A DNA stretch of 64,000 nucleotides from assembly GCA_002633005.1 (NCBI GenBank), contig NMRA01000484.1, positions 1-64,000 of the forward strand, read 5' to 3'. Every line of letters begins with the position of its first letter. Position 1 is the first letter of the stretch. The stretch is from Phoronis australis. Its lineage: Eukaryota > Animalia > Phoronida. Shown piece by piece: positions 1-15,200 of this stretch. Made by a program: the position numbers and the translations under genes. The notes below the pieces were generated by a model that was not told where the DNA came from, made no database searches, and saw only the letters and a program-made list of their open reading frames with translations.

Positions 1-51
1 TCAACAACAAGTAGTTATCAGTCAAACAAAGTACAATCATAGTCTTCCTAC

Positions 52-219
52 CGTCTTTGGGGTGAGCCTCATCGGAGGAAAAGGACACGTGATCGGACAC
101 GGCCTCCTGGTGTTTAGCGCGCCGCCGGTGTGTCTCTGATGGCAAGACCATGCGAAATGACTGGTCTGTGATCTCATCTTCGGAGACAGACTCATCAAAA
201 GTCTGGGAGTAGCTGGCAT
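52..219 (-). CDS. CEP350: CEP350 coding exon 21 (SYSQTFDESVSEDEITDQSFRMVLPSETHRRR)
   Basis: cctcag|...|gtagga; phase 1-1; the coding frame differs from the one listed in the ORF track. Confidence 0.88.
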
Positions 220-3200
220 CTGAGGTGAACAACAAAACATTAGTCTGAGAGGTTTAGATAAATATTTTTGAAAACGCAAGATAGCGTAAGTTTTTTGGAA
301 AGCTTACAATGCCTCGACAGCGGGTGGCCTTGATTTTCCAACATCCCTAAAGTGGCCTTAAACCAGCCTTTCTTACACAGGCACACAAATTTTACAATGA
401 CTCAATCACATAGTGTTGGTGTTAGTAGTGGATACGAGAAACGGAAAAATTCAAGGGCCCGTGCTTTCATCAAGTATTTAAGAAGTATTTCAGGATGTAA
501 TGAGTTGGAATGACCTAATTAGCTTGACTTAGATGGCTTGCTCTAGTTAGTAGTACACGGGCACATGATTGACCAAATATCAGCAACTTCCAAGCTGAAA
601 ATCTGTTTTAGTTTCACACAGTTTTATAAAACTACTTTAATTAATGTACCCTAAAGGAATTTAATATTTTAACCGAAGGCAGGCACACAGCGGTTTTAAA
701 ATTTCAACTCGTTGACCTCTCACCCTTATCAGTATGTATTTCTTCATTGATACTCTGCGACTTGTCGCTCTCCACAGTCTCTGGCTGCGAGGACACCTGT
801 TGCTGAACAGCAGAGATATTACTAGCAGTTGACACACTGGCCTCCGACTTCACAGTAGACCTTGATATGTCGGAATATTTCTCAGCAGGTGCTGAGGAGC
901 GTGACTTCGATGGTGACACACTGGAGTAGGAGCTGAAAGTGTCAGTGTAGGCAGGGGTTGACTCGGACTTGTGGGACTGAGACTTGGCACTGGCTTGCTT
1001 CTGTAATGTAACAATAATTTTGAAGGTTTAGTACTCCAACAATTTGAGGACAGTGTTTACGTTTATGACCAGTCCACATACAACCAAAACAGTCGAACAT
1101 TTTTTGTTAGGTCATTTGTTGCAAATAAATTGATCTTAGCTTATTCCTCACATAATGTATAATAATTCTCCAATTTGGGACACACACACGGAATTAAAAG
1201 ACACTGGTGGTAGGCTTTGCCCACGAGTTGATTTTCATGAACTTCAAAACACATTTAGACCTAAACTCAAATTTCAGAATCAGGAATTTCAGGTTAAGCT
1301 TCATTTGCGACTTCTTGGCATGGAAAGGACTGCTTAGTGGTGCAAAAATGACCAAGCCAATTTATTAAGCCTGGTGTTGTGCAGTAACAAACTACCAGAC
1401 AGTGAGTCCGAAGTCCTAAAGCCTAGAAATCATTTCATATCTAACTGAGGAACAAGCTGAGACTAAGTTTATAACACATAATGGTTGAGAGTGAAAGTTC
1501 TTTCATAGACGAAAGGTGCATTTCATAGCAGCTTTTAAGAAATCTAAAGCATGGCCAACTCATAACCGTCAATGATCCGAAGTTAGTACACAATGTGATT
1601 GATTGGACCAGTGAAGATACAAACTCCATCTTACTAGAGGAAAAGTGCAGTCTCTGAAGATACACATAACTACAAGTTACTATAATTTCTATAACTCATT
1701 ACTAGACTTGGATACACTTATAATTACTTGGCTAACGTTTTTCTTTCAACAATAATTAAGTGTGAGCGCAAAACCAATTTCTGTTTTAAGTTTTAAGCCA
1801 ATTTCATGAAACAAATCCCTGAGAGAGGGTGGTCATACTCAAACATAACTGTCAAAAGTGTTCCAGGTTTGCATGTAGTCCGGAACTATTAAAAACAGGA
1901 AGTTAATAAGAAATTCGAATCAAAAACTACAAACTTGCATCAATGCATCAAACAAAAACAAAACTATGGTTCAACAGAAAACTGTCACAGAAATGTTGAG
2001 TTTTAAACTTGAATACTTATATCAAAAGAGATTCAGTTAGAAATTTGTTCTTTTGTCAATACAATCCTATAACCCTAAGTTGGGAAATGTATAAAATAAA
2101 TGTCCTATAACAGACTGATAGAAACTTGACATGTTGAAATGTTAGGAGTTATTTTATATATTAGTATCTTGCATGCCACCTGTTGGTCACATCACGTAAC
2201 CTGTTCAATTGTCTACGGCAACAGGTACCGATAAATATCAACACGAGTCAGAAAACGTCTGTCATTGATACACTGCAGAGAAATGTTTGGCTAGTAGAAT
2301 TCAAACAGAGGTTGTAAAATGATTTTTTCATGAAAAACACGACAAACATTGAATTTAAGCAAAATTGCACTTCAATATAAACCTTCGTTAAGTTGATATT
2401 CCTTTAATGAAAGAAGTACCTGAGCCCACCAGGGAGTGTAATTCTTCATTTGCTCCATAGAGGCTTGCACTGCAGCAGTGGCTGCAGCCGTTGCCGTCTC
2501 AGTTGCCATCTTGCCGGCGTCCCGCATGGCCTCTGTGTGGACTGCAGAGACTTCTTTGGCCTGAAGTTGAACCAACAAATTTAGCATAGTATTTCTACAA
2601 CTTATGGTACACACCTGGTCCAAGAGGAGTCGCTAAAAACAGGACAAACTTTGAGAGAACTCTAATACAGTGCATCAAACGTTGACATACCTCATGCCAG
2701 AATCATTCACCAAAAGAAAAAAAAAACCTTTGGCACTACAAAAACCATCATTTGCATTGTTTGGACAAATAATTACAGTGTGTCAGAACCCTTAAACCTT
2801 CCTTAAGCCGAATAAATCATTATGAGCCTGAAAGAAAGTTAACATTTTTTGTAACTAGACAGTAGTTATACAGCTGAGATGAAAATATTGCACATTTAGT
2901 AGAGATTATATAAACAGATTATCATCCTCTTTAAGACATAAAGATTCCAGATTAAAATCATATAAAGTTAAAATTTCAATATCCAGTGAACTGACATCTC
3001 CAGATTGCCAAACAGTCACATGACTTCACCTGAGCCAGTTGCTGGGCAGCAGATGCTGTGGCCCTAGCTGCTTCTGTCTGCTTCTCCATCAGGTGGCGCG
3101 TTGAGTCATGCAGTGCAGTCATATTTTGTTCGCGTACATTAGCCACAGTTGCCGCAGCCTGCTGTGCTGCCTCAGCAGCTCGCTGGCGAGTGACGTCCAG

Positions 3201-6200
3201 CTGGCGCGACGCCTCCAAAGACTCCTGGCGGGCTTTGAGTTGTAGCAGCTGCATGTCACGATCGTGTTGCTGCTGGCGACCCTAGATGAATTCCAAGTAC
3301 AACTACGTGTAAACCGCAAGCTAATCGTTTAGTAAAATATGCGTCTTTGTAATTACGTGGTTACATTCGTACCATAATTACTCACCATTAAGCATACAGT
3401 ATGGCTGACAAGTGAAATTCTATTTCGTCAAATTTTGCCACAAAAATGAGACGAAGAAAATTATAGTCTACTACTAGCATGGTTTGTTCTGTAGAGATGT
3501 TATAAACAACTTTCAGTAAATTTTCCGTTATTTGCAGTAATTAGCCTTTGAAAATGAAAACATGAAAGTATAAGAAACAATAAATAAATCTACTACTGGA
3601 CTTACGGTATGTAGAGATGGCTACGTTGCGTCCTCCTCTCGAGGACTTCATCAGGCCACGGAGTTGTCACGTGACTTGTCATGTAATCCGTCGTACAGTT
3701 TCCGCGGGATTCTCTTCAACGCCCTATCCCATGTCCTAGGTAAGTCCGCGGAAACTGTACGACGGATCACATGACAAGTCACGTGACAACTCAGTGGCCT
3801 GATGAAATTCTCGAGAGGAGGACGCAACGTAGCCATCTCTACATACCGTAAGTCCAGTAGTAGATTTATTTATTGTTTCTTATACTGACCCAACTGGATG
3901 ACTGAAAACATTCATCGGAAAACATGAAAGTTTTGACAACTTTTGTGCAAAACGAGTGGAGAATTACGGAAAGTAAAACAGTCGATTACAACACTGTAAA
4001 TGACAAGCAGCAATTTGTGGCAAATCTTTAGACCAAGTCTAGTAAATACCGAGTAACCGTCTTGTATATACGATGCAGGTAATGCATAATCTTTTTGCAA
4101 ACTTTTTCCTTCTAATGTTAATTCTTAAGTTTGGGTACATAATCACATAAAGGTGAAAAAGCGTAGAAATACAATAAAATTACACAACTGCGGATTTCTC
4201 AACAGTCATAACTCAGCATAGCGAAAATTATAGAACTACCACTTTAAGATCACTGAGGATAAACAATCAATCTACCATGAATCAAAAAACATGAAATTCA
4301 TTTTCAAATTTTTCAAAGTAGATAATGAAATGCTTTAAGCACAGGATAATGATCGATTACAAATAGAATTTGAAGCCAAAATGCTGACATTTCTCTGTAT
4401 CCTAAATATACGTTAACAGTTTGGGACAAAATGGGACAGTCCCTTATGAAAAGCTGCTGAATGTTACTGTTTGTCACAAACCATACAAAGGACATGTCAA
4501 AAGTAACTGTAAAAACATCATATCTTCATCTGACATCTAAATCCATTTACTTTAAAACGTCCAAAAATACTGGCAATGACTCATCGTTACTCCAAAACTC
4601 CTAATTACAATGTAGTCTTCACTTGTTTTCCAGGAAACACTCCGGCTATTCTCTGGTACAAATGAAAAGTCCCCATGAGGGTGATTTTCGCATGCACTTA
4701 GTAGTCCTGACTTGGGATTACAGGTCATTGTGTTGATTGTACTTAGCCTACTCAGCTTAAATGATGTTCACATTTAATAGTAAATATTGGTTGACCTGCA
4801 CGAAACATTACCAACCTTTAGCACTTGTGCCAGTGAGACAGACTCCTGCTGTGCAAAGGCAATACCACGAGTACGCTCTATCTCTGCTAGTTGAAGGATA
4901 GAGAGATCGGCATGTTCCATACGATTCAGCTCTGTAGATAGGTGCAGCTGTAATGCATTGGGAGACAGGCGGAGCGAGGCTTCCTCTCTGGTGTGGCCAG
5001 GCAATGACAGGGCTGAAGAAGCTTCCTGTGAAGCAGTAATGTAATACAGATACAACAACAGTTCTGTTTGATGTTTTTTTTTGAGAACCGCTTACTATGA
5101 TTGATATTTTAAGGAGTGTTCAAAGCAAACAAAAGAGGGAGCTAGAGGCTGAGCTTGGCTGCTAGCGCATACAGCTTTGCTGTTGCAAAAATTGCAATGA
5201 AACTTAACACAAATTGTCATGTAGGAGACAGAAGTAAAATGAATACAAGTCAAGATCATCCTCTCAGCAGCCAACCAGGCAAAACAAACAGAGTAACAGC
5301 AAAATCAGGGAGTATAGGACATCCTTATGGCTGCACTGTATTTCAATGCTTTGCATTGTATTTATTTATGACAGTGACAAGTGCAATTAATTCAAACAGC
5401 AATAGAATATAAAAGTTGCAAAAAGATTAAGACCCAGCACAGTTGAGGTTATTAGCCACTTGAAGCTTGCAACTCAGATGTTCCATAAATGCTAAGGTTT
5501 CTAAGTTCAAAAGCAGATTAAGTTTGGAGAATTGTCTACGAAAATACTAAAAGAGCAGTCCATACTTTTCTCTCCCCAAGGGATTACAACATAGGACCAT
5601 GTGACCTACAGACGGTTCTTAAAATTTTGATGAATTTTGCTAAAATTGATCTAGGTCCACTAACTGTCAAGAGAATTGTAGCAATACAGTACCAGATACA
5701 AGCAATCAGATTAAAGTGTGTTTTCCTGTCAAGACTACAAACTCTGTTAACAACAAAATAAGTAAAATGCTAACTACAGAATGGCTTAAGACACATTTAT
5801 TAACTGTCTTGTTAATACCCCCTTCATTCTGGACAATAATGCTGGTCTGACAATGAATTCAGCTTAAGCCCAAAGTCACAAAAGACAAATTCAAAGCCAT
5901 TATGCCTGAATACTGTTTGTGTGAGTGGTATTCAAAACTCAAATAATATTTCTCCCAAACCCCTTGTTTTTTGTAACAGACTTGTATCACCAGTTCCACT
6001 TCACTTTGTATTGAGAAAATAATGTGCACCAAAATAATGTGCACCAAAACCCTCACAAATCTGACAAAAATGCAACAATCAAATATTAGTTGCGGTTGAA
6101 AGATCGTGGAAAAATAGAGCTAGGGGATAAAAGTGTGCTTTGCTAGTATTTACAAACTGTGGTGAGATAGAGAAGAGCTTCAAGAAATTTAAGCATCAGC

Positions 6201-9200
6201 CGAGCACGGTGTGCTGTGAACTTTGAGCTTGATGCAATATTATTGCTTTGATGGCGCAAAAACACATTCAACTCAGGTCCTTGTCTATGCACTGAAAATT
6301 CAACTAAAAACTTTTTAGACTTAAAAGTTTTAAAACAGCCTACTTTTCTGGGCTGAGCCCCTGTATCCTCGCTTAGACTGGATAAATCTGACTCAGTAGA
6401 GTCGCCGCTTCTGTCCGAGATACGTCTTGGTGAGATTTCACGGTCCACAGGCTTGTCCCTGTAGATCCTTAAAGAGCGAGACTGACTCTTTTTTGTTGAA
6501 GCAGATGGCTCATCCACTAACTGGTGCTCGTCACGTGACAAAGCAGGACTCAGTCGACGACTTGGGGACAAGCTCTGAACAGATTGTCCTCGCACAGGGG
6601 TACTACCTGCAGAGCTGGGGAGGGAAAACAGGTACTAACCATTAAAGTCTCCCTAAGAAATCTATCAATCTCTGGTCAATTTGAAGGGAGCTTGCATGAC
6701 AATGGTTTATGCAGCAGTCTTTTTAAATACTTTGGAAAGGAAAAGTTTGTCTAAACACCCAATAAGTAACAAAATGGTCACTATGGAAATCTTCAGTGTA
6801 TAAGCCAACCGAATGGTGCTTCTTATACTAAAAGGTGCAGTCCATTTGTGTCATGTCCACAAAGCCATATTTATTTTTGCACTCTCAAACAAGCTCCCAA
6901 AAATTACTATAACATCACTGAGGTAGACATAATGTTTTAATTAATACAAATATGTCAGCCATTACTGTTATCTACAGTTGAATCTTCCACGACCAACAGA
7001 GCCTGCGACATTCTGCAGATACAAAACAAACCTTGTTACAGAGTCAACGTCCATCGATGTCCCATCACTTTCTTGGTCTTGGTGATCATCACGGTGATCA
7101 ATGCTGTGTTCGTTAGAGTGACGAAGCTCACTGCGGGAGCTCTGTATAGGCAGTCTGGGCTTGTCTGTTCAAGATTTAGGATCAAGTTAGAACAAAATGC
7201 ATCGCACAATTAAGTCTCTTTGGTTATAAAACTGTGTCAAGAAATGTTTGAAATAGAGTACACAGACAAAAATAATCACACAAACCGACTCAGAATTTCC
7301 TGTCACGATGGCTGAGTGCAAGCGGAATTCACCATCACAAACGCTAGAATGATGAGTTATGATGGTAATGACCAGTTAGGATGGTAATGACCAGTTATGA
7401 TGGGTAATGACCAGTCGTGATGGGGAAGCAGGATTTTGTTTTATTTTTAGCAAGTACCATGCTATCAGTAATGTCAACATAGGTTTAAGAACACTGAGGA
7501 TTCAGTCGATGCCAAGGAAACACTGCTTTCTATCTAAGGTCAGTTCTTCGTTGTTGTTCCCCAAGCCGAACCAGGACATCCACCTGCCATGCATTGACAG
7601 AATCTGACATAACCACTATACCTTAACTTAATTGCATATGACGATCTGCATTGGGAATGAATTTACAGAATGATTCATCCAAGCAGTATTGCGCACTAAG
7701 AGGACAGCACAGAAGCTGAACAGTGCTCCATACTGTATGCCACAGATGGAAAGGAAACCATTCAATTTTCTCCCATAGTTCAGCATTAACCTCACCATCT
7801 AATCAGTTCAGTGGAAGCCACTTCACCTCCTTTTGAAAAGTCTCAAAGTTGCATGCGCCTTTCAGTCGCATGATTTTGCCTGACCTCACCAAACTCCACA
7901 GAACACACCCGAGGCTCGTTTCTTCAAACTGATGTTTAGCACTCACCAGGGGTTCTGTCAATCTTCACTGCAGCCTTTCCTGATTGGCTACGCTGTTCTG
8001 TGAAATCATCCTCATACGCTGCTGACATACTCTCCTCCTTCCTGGCTAGATACTCTTCGGCAGCCTTGCGCTCTGACATGAGGAAAAGGAAACATTCATT
8101 CACTTACAACCATCAACAGTTATTTGGCTAATCAAAACAACACATTCAATCCCAGAGGAAAACTTTGGTTAAGATGATTTGCTGTCATAAAATTGACCTC
8201 AACTAGTTCCCTACTCAGAAGACAATTGACTTCTGTGTTTATAAAGAACTGAGAGCTCCTTATTCCTTTAGAAGATGCTGCGTGCATAAAACGACACACA
8301 ATAACAAGCAAACAAGCATGGCCACCTGTAAATTCTTTCACAGCCCTGGAATCACCTCTAGTTTGACTAAGAGAGATTTTGAGATCAATTCCATAACAGT
8401 AAGTAGTTTCTGTGATGCAAGGTGGCTTTAAAGCCACTATAAAAATGAAGTTTGCGTTTAGATTCAGCTGACTTAAAATGGTATTAGAAAATCAAAATAA
8501 AGATACTTACAGTTGGTGCTTATATTTTTAAAACCTAGAATCGTATGGACAAAGGCCCATCCTTAGTGTCAAGGTTTTAGACAAAAATAACAGTTTAAAA
8601 TTCCTGTCTGAAAATTATAAACCATCATGAATCCAGTAAACTAGTTCCATGGATAACAACCAACATTTTCAAACTAATCAAACAACAAAACAGGTGTGCT
8701 GGGTACATGCCAACCTCTCTCAGCCTTCTGGCGCCTCAGGTAGATATTGATCACACTGTGTGGGTCACCCTCTAGTCCAGCATAGCGAGCAAGGTCAAGA
8801 TCAGGACTATCCAGCACCTGACTGCTGGGAACAGTTTTAGTGGTTGAGCAGTAGTCACCTGACATCAGTCCCGCACCAATCTAAAGCAAGAAAGCAATGT
8901 GTAAAGCACTGTCATGAAAATTCAATATTAGACCCAAATGCATATCATTAAGTATCTCGAAAATTGAATGACTACTGAACACATCCAGATATAGGTTTAA
9001 AATTTCAAGATCTAAGCACGGTACACCTTATAACGAAACGAGAACTTCAAATATAAACTGTGAAGATATTCTTAGATCTGGTTGACTGAGGCGATTTCCT
9101 ATTAGTTTTGTTAATGACACCTATATGGTACAAAAAGACAAATTATTAACCCAGTCTGACAGAAATGATTTCCCTCTCCCTAAAGACAACAGAAGCTGCG

Positions 9201-12200
9201 ACAATTTAGATACAGTTGGCTGTAACTTTTAAGAATGATCCTCCTTTGTAAAAGTCAACCACAGGTGATATCTGAATTGATCTGATAGTACAAACTAAAA
9301 TACGTGCCATAAGGGCAAAAGATACTAACTTCCAACCTTCACTTTATTTTTGAAAACTACAGCTCTTAATGAACGAAGTAGACGTCGAAAGTCAAAAAAA
9401 TTTCAGCCCACAAAGTGGACCCCAATAGTTACAGTACACAAAACCGCGACTAAATAACCAAATTATTTTTTATAACAACACGTTTGTTGCAATTCTGGCT
9501 AAACCACAACAGATGTTATTTCACACAATTCGTCGAAACTGCGGCATCATGCAGTGCATTGGACAATGACATATAAACCTCTGACACGTTATAAAGGCTC
9601 GATATGACTGCCACGTAATCATGGGCAGCAGGTCATACGGTGTCTCGGAGATACAAACCTTCAAAGGTTGTTGAGCGTCTGTAGCGTCAGTCAGTGTAGA
9701 GTCCAGCAGAGATTCATCAGTTTCTGAGTCCTGCAAGGGTGAGAAATAACACGTCAAGCATTGAAAATTGAAACTGGTAGGTACAGTACAAGCCCAAAGT
9801 ATTCATGAAAATGACCCAGAATTCCCCGTCATGACTGGTGGGCAGACGCCAACTTTATTATGATCCTAATGATCAAAAATGAAAGGAAATTAACAAGACT
9901 GTCAGTGAGGTGGCGAAGACATTTTGTAATTAGAATTTTGCGTCACTAATACGTATAACCAGTTATTTTGCCGTGAACAAAATTAACAGTCGTGAAAGAG
10001 AAACGCTACTTTGACCGATTCCTTCATTTTCATACTGTATGTGAATACACTAGAGGACAGAATTTGACTGAACTACAATTAGGAGAAAAGGTATCAAGTG
10101 TTGCACATTCTCTCATCATTAACCGTCATAAGTTGGTGTCCAATTTGTTTTTAAAGAAACGTTACCCTACTTCCAACAATGAGGAGTTCTACCAGTAGAA
10201 AATGAGTCACAATTTTCTTTTCATTGCGATTACTGCCTTACTGTAAAACTTAATTTTCCTTGAAAACCACGAGTCAATTAATGTTAAAAAGAACAGCAAA
10301 TGAAGTAACACAAGACACTTGTCAAAATGTGCTAAGCTGTGCATGATCAGACAAGCTTAATTATGTATTTCTATCCAACAATGAGAACATATGGGAATCT
10401 CAGTCACTGATGATAGCTGATCGTAGTCGACTGAAATGCTCGACCACTTGCATCACACCCCGTCTCCTAATAACCGAGTTTGGCATAATATTTCTATCCA
10501 GGTTTGGTACACTGAAGTGTAAAACTAGAAAACAATCATTCTAATTGGGTTGGGTGCATCAGGCTGTTTTAAATTTGTAAAAACACTAACTGTTCATTAC
10601 AGAATAGTGCACTTTCAGTCACAAATTCATTGACATCTATCTAAGGTGACAGGGTGAAATAACCACTACTGAACAGTAGCATTCCCATGTTCTTTAGAAT
10701 ACCAGAATTTTGCAGGAATTTTTAACAGGGAATTATTTCCACTACAATCTGTTGTTATGTCCCAAAGCAAATGAGAGTTCCAGCAAATTTTGTAGCCCCT
10801 ATCGGTCTTGGAACTGCCCTCAGAGAATGAATTTGTGTTTAATGTCAAGTCACAGTTTCACGCATCTCAAATTTTTCAAAATGTCACAGGGAAGTCTCAC
10901 ACATGTGAGACACAAAATTTATCAAGGAATTTTACAATCTGTAGAAATGAGAACCACCCCTTGAGAGAGTACAAAATAACTCGAAACCCAACAAAGTTCT
11001 AAACACCTACTTGGATCCGCAAATTTTTCATACTTTGTCACAGAATTCTCGAAATGCCATGTAATGTCTAAGAATTTCCAGCACACACGTTTTGTCACAG
11101 AATGTCACCATGTCACAGAATGTCACCATGTCACAGAATGTCACCATGTCACAGAATGTCACCATGTCACAGAATGTCACCATGTCACAGAATGTCACCA
11201 TGTCACAGAATGTCACCATGTCACAGGGAATCCATTCTCTGTGTCGTTATTGTAACAGATAACATCTGTAGCTTGTTAACTAAGTAAGAAAGTGTTAATG
11301 CACAGACAGCAGTACTGCCATGAATTCAGGGCAGTTTGCTCATGAAGAATTTTCCTAGAATAAATCCAACAAAATTTAGTGCAATTCTCATTCCTGATTA
11401 CACTGTAACAAGACAACACCAGGCACTATATCGAGTTCATCGGTGGCTTCAACGGTAAAATTCCACACAGCCAACTTGATTTATTGAGAGGTTCTAAGTC
11501 CACAACTTCGTTTTAATTTGCAGCCGAAAATGCAATTTTGGAATAAGATAGAATTTTTGAAGCCATTAGCTTTGACCAGAGTAATAAAACAAAAAGATCC
11601 GTAGCATTTTTGTGATTTAACTGTCATGGTCTGTCAGGAATTCACAGAAATCAAGGTCGGTGTGAAATACGCTTAAAATACAGCTACTTAATGCATAGGA
11701 TTTGGCTCAGGTTGAGCGTTCAGCTGATACTGCGATATGACTCCAACCTGCAGTAAACTACAGCAACTGTATTTTTGGCAAGAAATTATTGATGTGTGGG
11801 GCTTTATAGCAATGCTTTACCAAACTTTCAACATTACAGGTCGATGTGAACTAATGCTTTCCATCTGTAACAAGATATCCAAGTTCACTTCGATAAGTAA
11901 TGCAACATGATTTAACATGTCACTCAAAACCATAAACCACACCCACACAATAACATAATCATGGTCTTGAAACAATAGATAGTATACACCATTCATGAAC
12001 AGACAGCTCTGCACCCAAACTATGATCGACTCTTCTACAATGTGCTTACAGTGCCCAGGAAGGAGCTAGAAGAGTCTATCCATCTAGAGGGGTGCCTGGA
12101 TATACCACATTTGTATATGTGATAGGCCCTTTCCCAACCGTATTTGTCAATGCTTGACAGCTGGCAGCATGGAAATATCATACAGCAAGTTTAGACATAA

Positions 12201-15200
12201 TCAATATTCATGCAGTGAGCAGACTCTAAAACTGCAGCTGAACAAATTCTCAACTAGAAATTTGAATCTTGAGGTCATTTGTTTATTTATTTATTGTGAT
12301 ATTTAAAATGAGGGTGACCTCTTCAGTGATAGCACTGCTTTCCAAGAGGGCCCTCACTTTGATTTATGATGAAAACACAGCTAAAAATAATTAAAAATTT
12401 ACACATTTTCCATTATAAAATACATCACTCATAACATTGGTGTCCTGCCCATATTAGGTTATGTGTGACCCTGAGTTGCCCAGATTTGGTTACGCGAATT
12501 TTAAATGCCCAGATTTGGTTTCACATCACCATTAAATGCCCATATTTGGCTACATGTGACCTTTAAATGACCATATTTGGACATGTTTGAACCTTTCTGC
12601 TCATAATTACCAAGAGATACTGCTGAAGATCTTCATTCACTAAGTATCTCCGCCTCTCCTCAGCCTCCTTATCCACGGGACTCAACCGCCGGGGTACCAC
12701 CTCAGGTCTGTCACCATGGCCCTACAAAACGATGGCTTCACATGGACACAGACTTCACAGAAGGTAAAGAGATTACACAACACATTACTGTTAACAACTT
12801 AATGCATACGTTTCTGACCAACAGATGTGCTCTTCTCAATAACAACGCACCAGTCAGATATTGTGATGGTCTCAGCAGTTAAAATAACATACTAGTATGG
12901 AAGTAGATACTTAGACAAAATGGCAGTAGACACTCACATATGCATAATGCTGGCTCTTAAAAATTGAAATATTCTAAGCATTTATAAAAAGTACTTAATA
13001 ACAGGAATTTCCTTAGTAATTAAAAATAACAGTAACATACATTATAAAATGTGGTACTGTATACGATCACCTTCAGAGACGTTCCAAAATACGTGAAAAC
13101 AAATCACTGCATATCACACTCAACCCTCTGTCTTCACTCAGCTTTGAACATAATCAGAGACAACAAGTCCTCGATAGGCAAATCGGAGAATGGATTCATA
13201 TTGAATGACAAGTCCCTATTTGTCATATCTCAAAATTTTTAAAATGTCACAGGGTAGTCTCAATTGTCGTAGAAGATTTTTTGGTGCTTTGTGCATTCTA
13301 TATTAAATAACAACAACTTTGCTTTTCACATTTATGTGAGACAGGATTTGTCAGTGATAAGGATAAACTACACAATTTTACAATTTGTGAAACGTCACAA
13401 AATATCGCAGAGTTGGTTAACCAACCTTCCAACCAACAACTCAACACATGCTGAAGCTAACAGGCATAATACACCTACTGCATTGCCACACAATTAGGGC
13501 CATGGGCTTCTGAGCGGAACTGCGAATAAGTGCAAAATTGAGGTGCACACGCCAATATGCGGGCCACTTGAGTTAAAANGCATAGAAATATAGAAAGTCT
13601 GTGGGTTCAGCTGTGAATTCAATGCACAAATACCTGCTTTAGGAGCCCGTCGTTTCGTGCCAGCAGTATTTTTCAATTGTTTCTTTGGTAAAGTGTTCTC
13701 CTTGACTGGTTTCTTGTCGTCTTCACTGTCCGATTCTGCAGAAGCACATTCAGCAAATAACAAGAGTTAGAAGTATTTGTCTGTTTAACTCAATGTCTGT
13801 TTGCAATAATGTAACTGACATGTTAGTGAATTTTATATTGAAATGGAGTCCCAGTACAAGAATCTTAGTGAATATTGAAATGGGGCCCCAGTACAAGAAT
13901 CTTTAATTTTAGTGAATATTGAAATGGAGTCCCAGTACAAGAATCTTAGTGAATATTGAAATGGAGTCCCAGTACAAGAATCTTAGTGAATATTGAAATG
14001 GAGTCCCAGTACAAGAATCTTAGTGCAGAGAATAATGTTCCCTGTCAGGCAGTGATTGCTTTTTGGTTGGCAGGAGTGGAGAGGAGGCATTGTGGCCTAG
14101 TGGGATAGGTGTACTATTCCTTCATTCAAGGTCGTGGGTACGAGTCCCACAGGGGCACACTGCTACATCCTTGACGCAGATCTTTAATTCCCCAGCTTGG
14201 TATAATCTATATTAAAAAAGCATAAAAATGGTTCCAGGTGATCAGTATAATGGGCCCACATGCGCAGCCTGCGAATGTCTGGTACAAGGTGTAACAGACC
14301 CCCTCCAATTATCTAATACTGGCAGGAATAATAAAGCTTTGCTTTTAAACCCCCATGCTCAGCTTAAAACCCACCCCAGATGCCCTGAGCATTGACCTGA
14401 ACGAAAACTGTAAATCCATTGACATTTGCCCTCACCAGACTTGAGATCAGCCAGCACATTTCTGGCCTCTTCAGACAACACCTGAGCCTTGCCTGGCTCC
14501 AGACTATCCAAGAATTCTTCTTCCTCCACCTCTGGCTCTTTGTTCTCTATCACACCAACAGGTAGCGGCGCGTCTGTCTTGACCACAGGTGTGGATTCTA
14601 CAGGAAGAAAAGAAAGTGATCTAGCGTTGGTGATCAGCTGCAGCACGCTTGTCAGTCAAGCAAAGTTATGGAAGAATTGCACTTTGACTAAAAATGAAAA
14701 AATTATTCAGCATCAATTGCATCACAGGAAATTTCATAGTCAAAAGATAACTTGAATGAAGATTTTCAATAACAACACAGGACATACTTAAAACGAAAAG
14801 CCCGAGCCACGAAATAATGCCTAAATTCCTCTAAACTTCTCCACTGAAAAATTAGTAAGCGTTCTTGTGAATCGTCTGCGTCTAAAATAAAAGTTAGTTC
14901 AAGGACGTTTAGAGCACTTTTTTGTCTATTAGCATCTTAAATGGCCACACTGTAATGTTTGCTAGAGTACTTTGCAGAAAGGTCAATCAATCATTGGAAC
15001 TCGTACCCCAGCTGTCATCTTGTGGTCCCAGTAATGTCAGTGCACTATAATATCTGTGAACAGAACCGCAAGGCAAGCGCTGTTTATCCCAGGTAATTTC
15101 TAGAGTTGCAGTCATGTTCAAAGTGATAGTCACTGCCCACTGCTGAATAGACTATTAACTTGGCTCACAGAGGCTGCGCACTTATTAAAACTGGTATCAA

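Noticed and set aside
37-279. ORF track entry MRFQKYLSKPL...
   Set aside because: Wrong frame; the real exon (52-219) is read in another frame that matches CEP350
11028-11287. ORFs with repeated Cys/His peptides (VTFCDM, TECHHV, SPCHRM) suggesting a metal-binding protein
   Set aside because: They are translations of an intronic 18-bp minisatellite that is open in several frames; no splice or start context
11690-11750. Candidate extra CEP350 exon after a ctgcag acceptor
   Set aside because: All three frames reach a stop before a convincing donor
13125-13216. Candidate phase-correcting exon between exons 10 and 11
   Set aside because: The required phase-1 reading hits TGA within a few codons
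13835-14025. 37-bp repeats of CRISPR-like length
   Set aside because: Head-to-tail units with no unique spacers, eukaryotic intron, no cas genes
14083-14160. Possible tRNA gene
   Set aside because: Only A/B-box remnants; stems do not pair into a cloverleaf, so treated as a SINE relic
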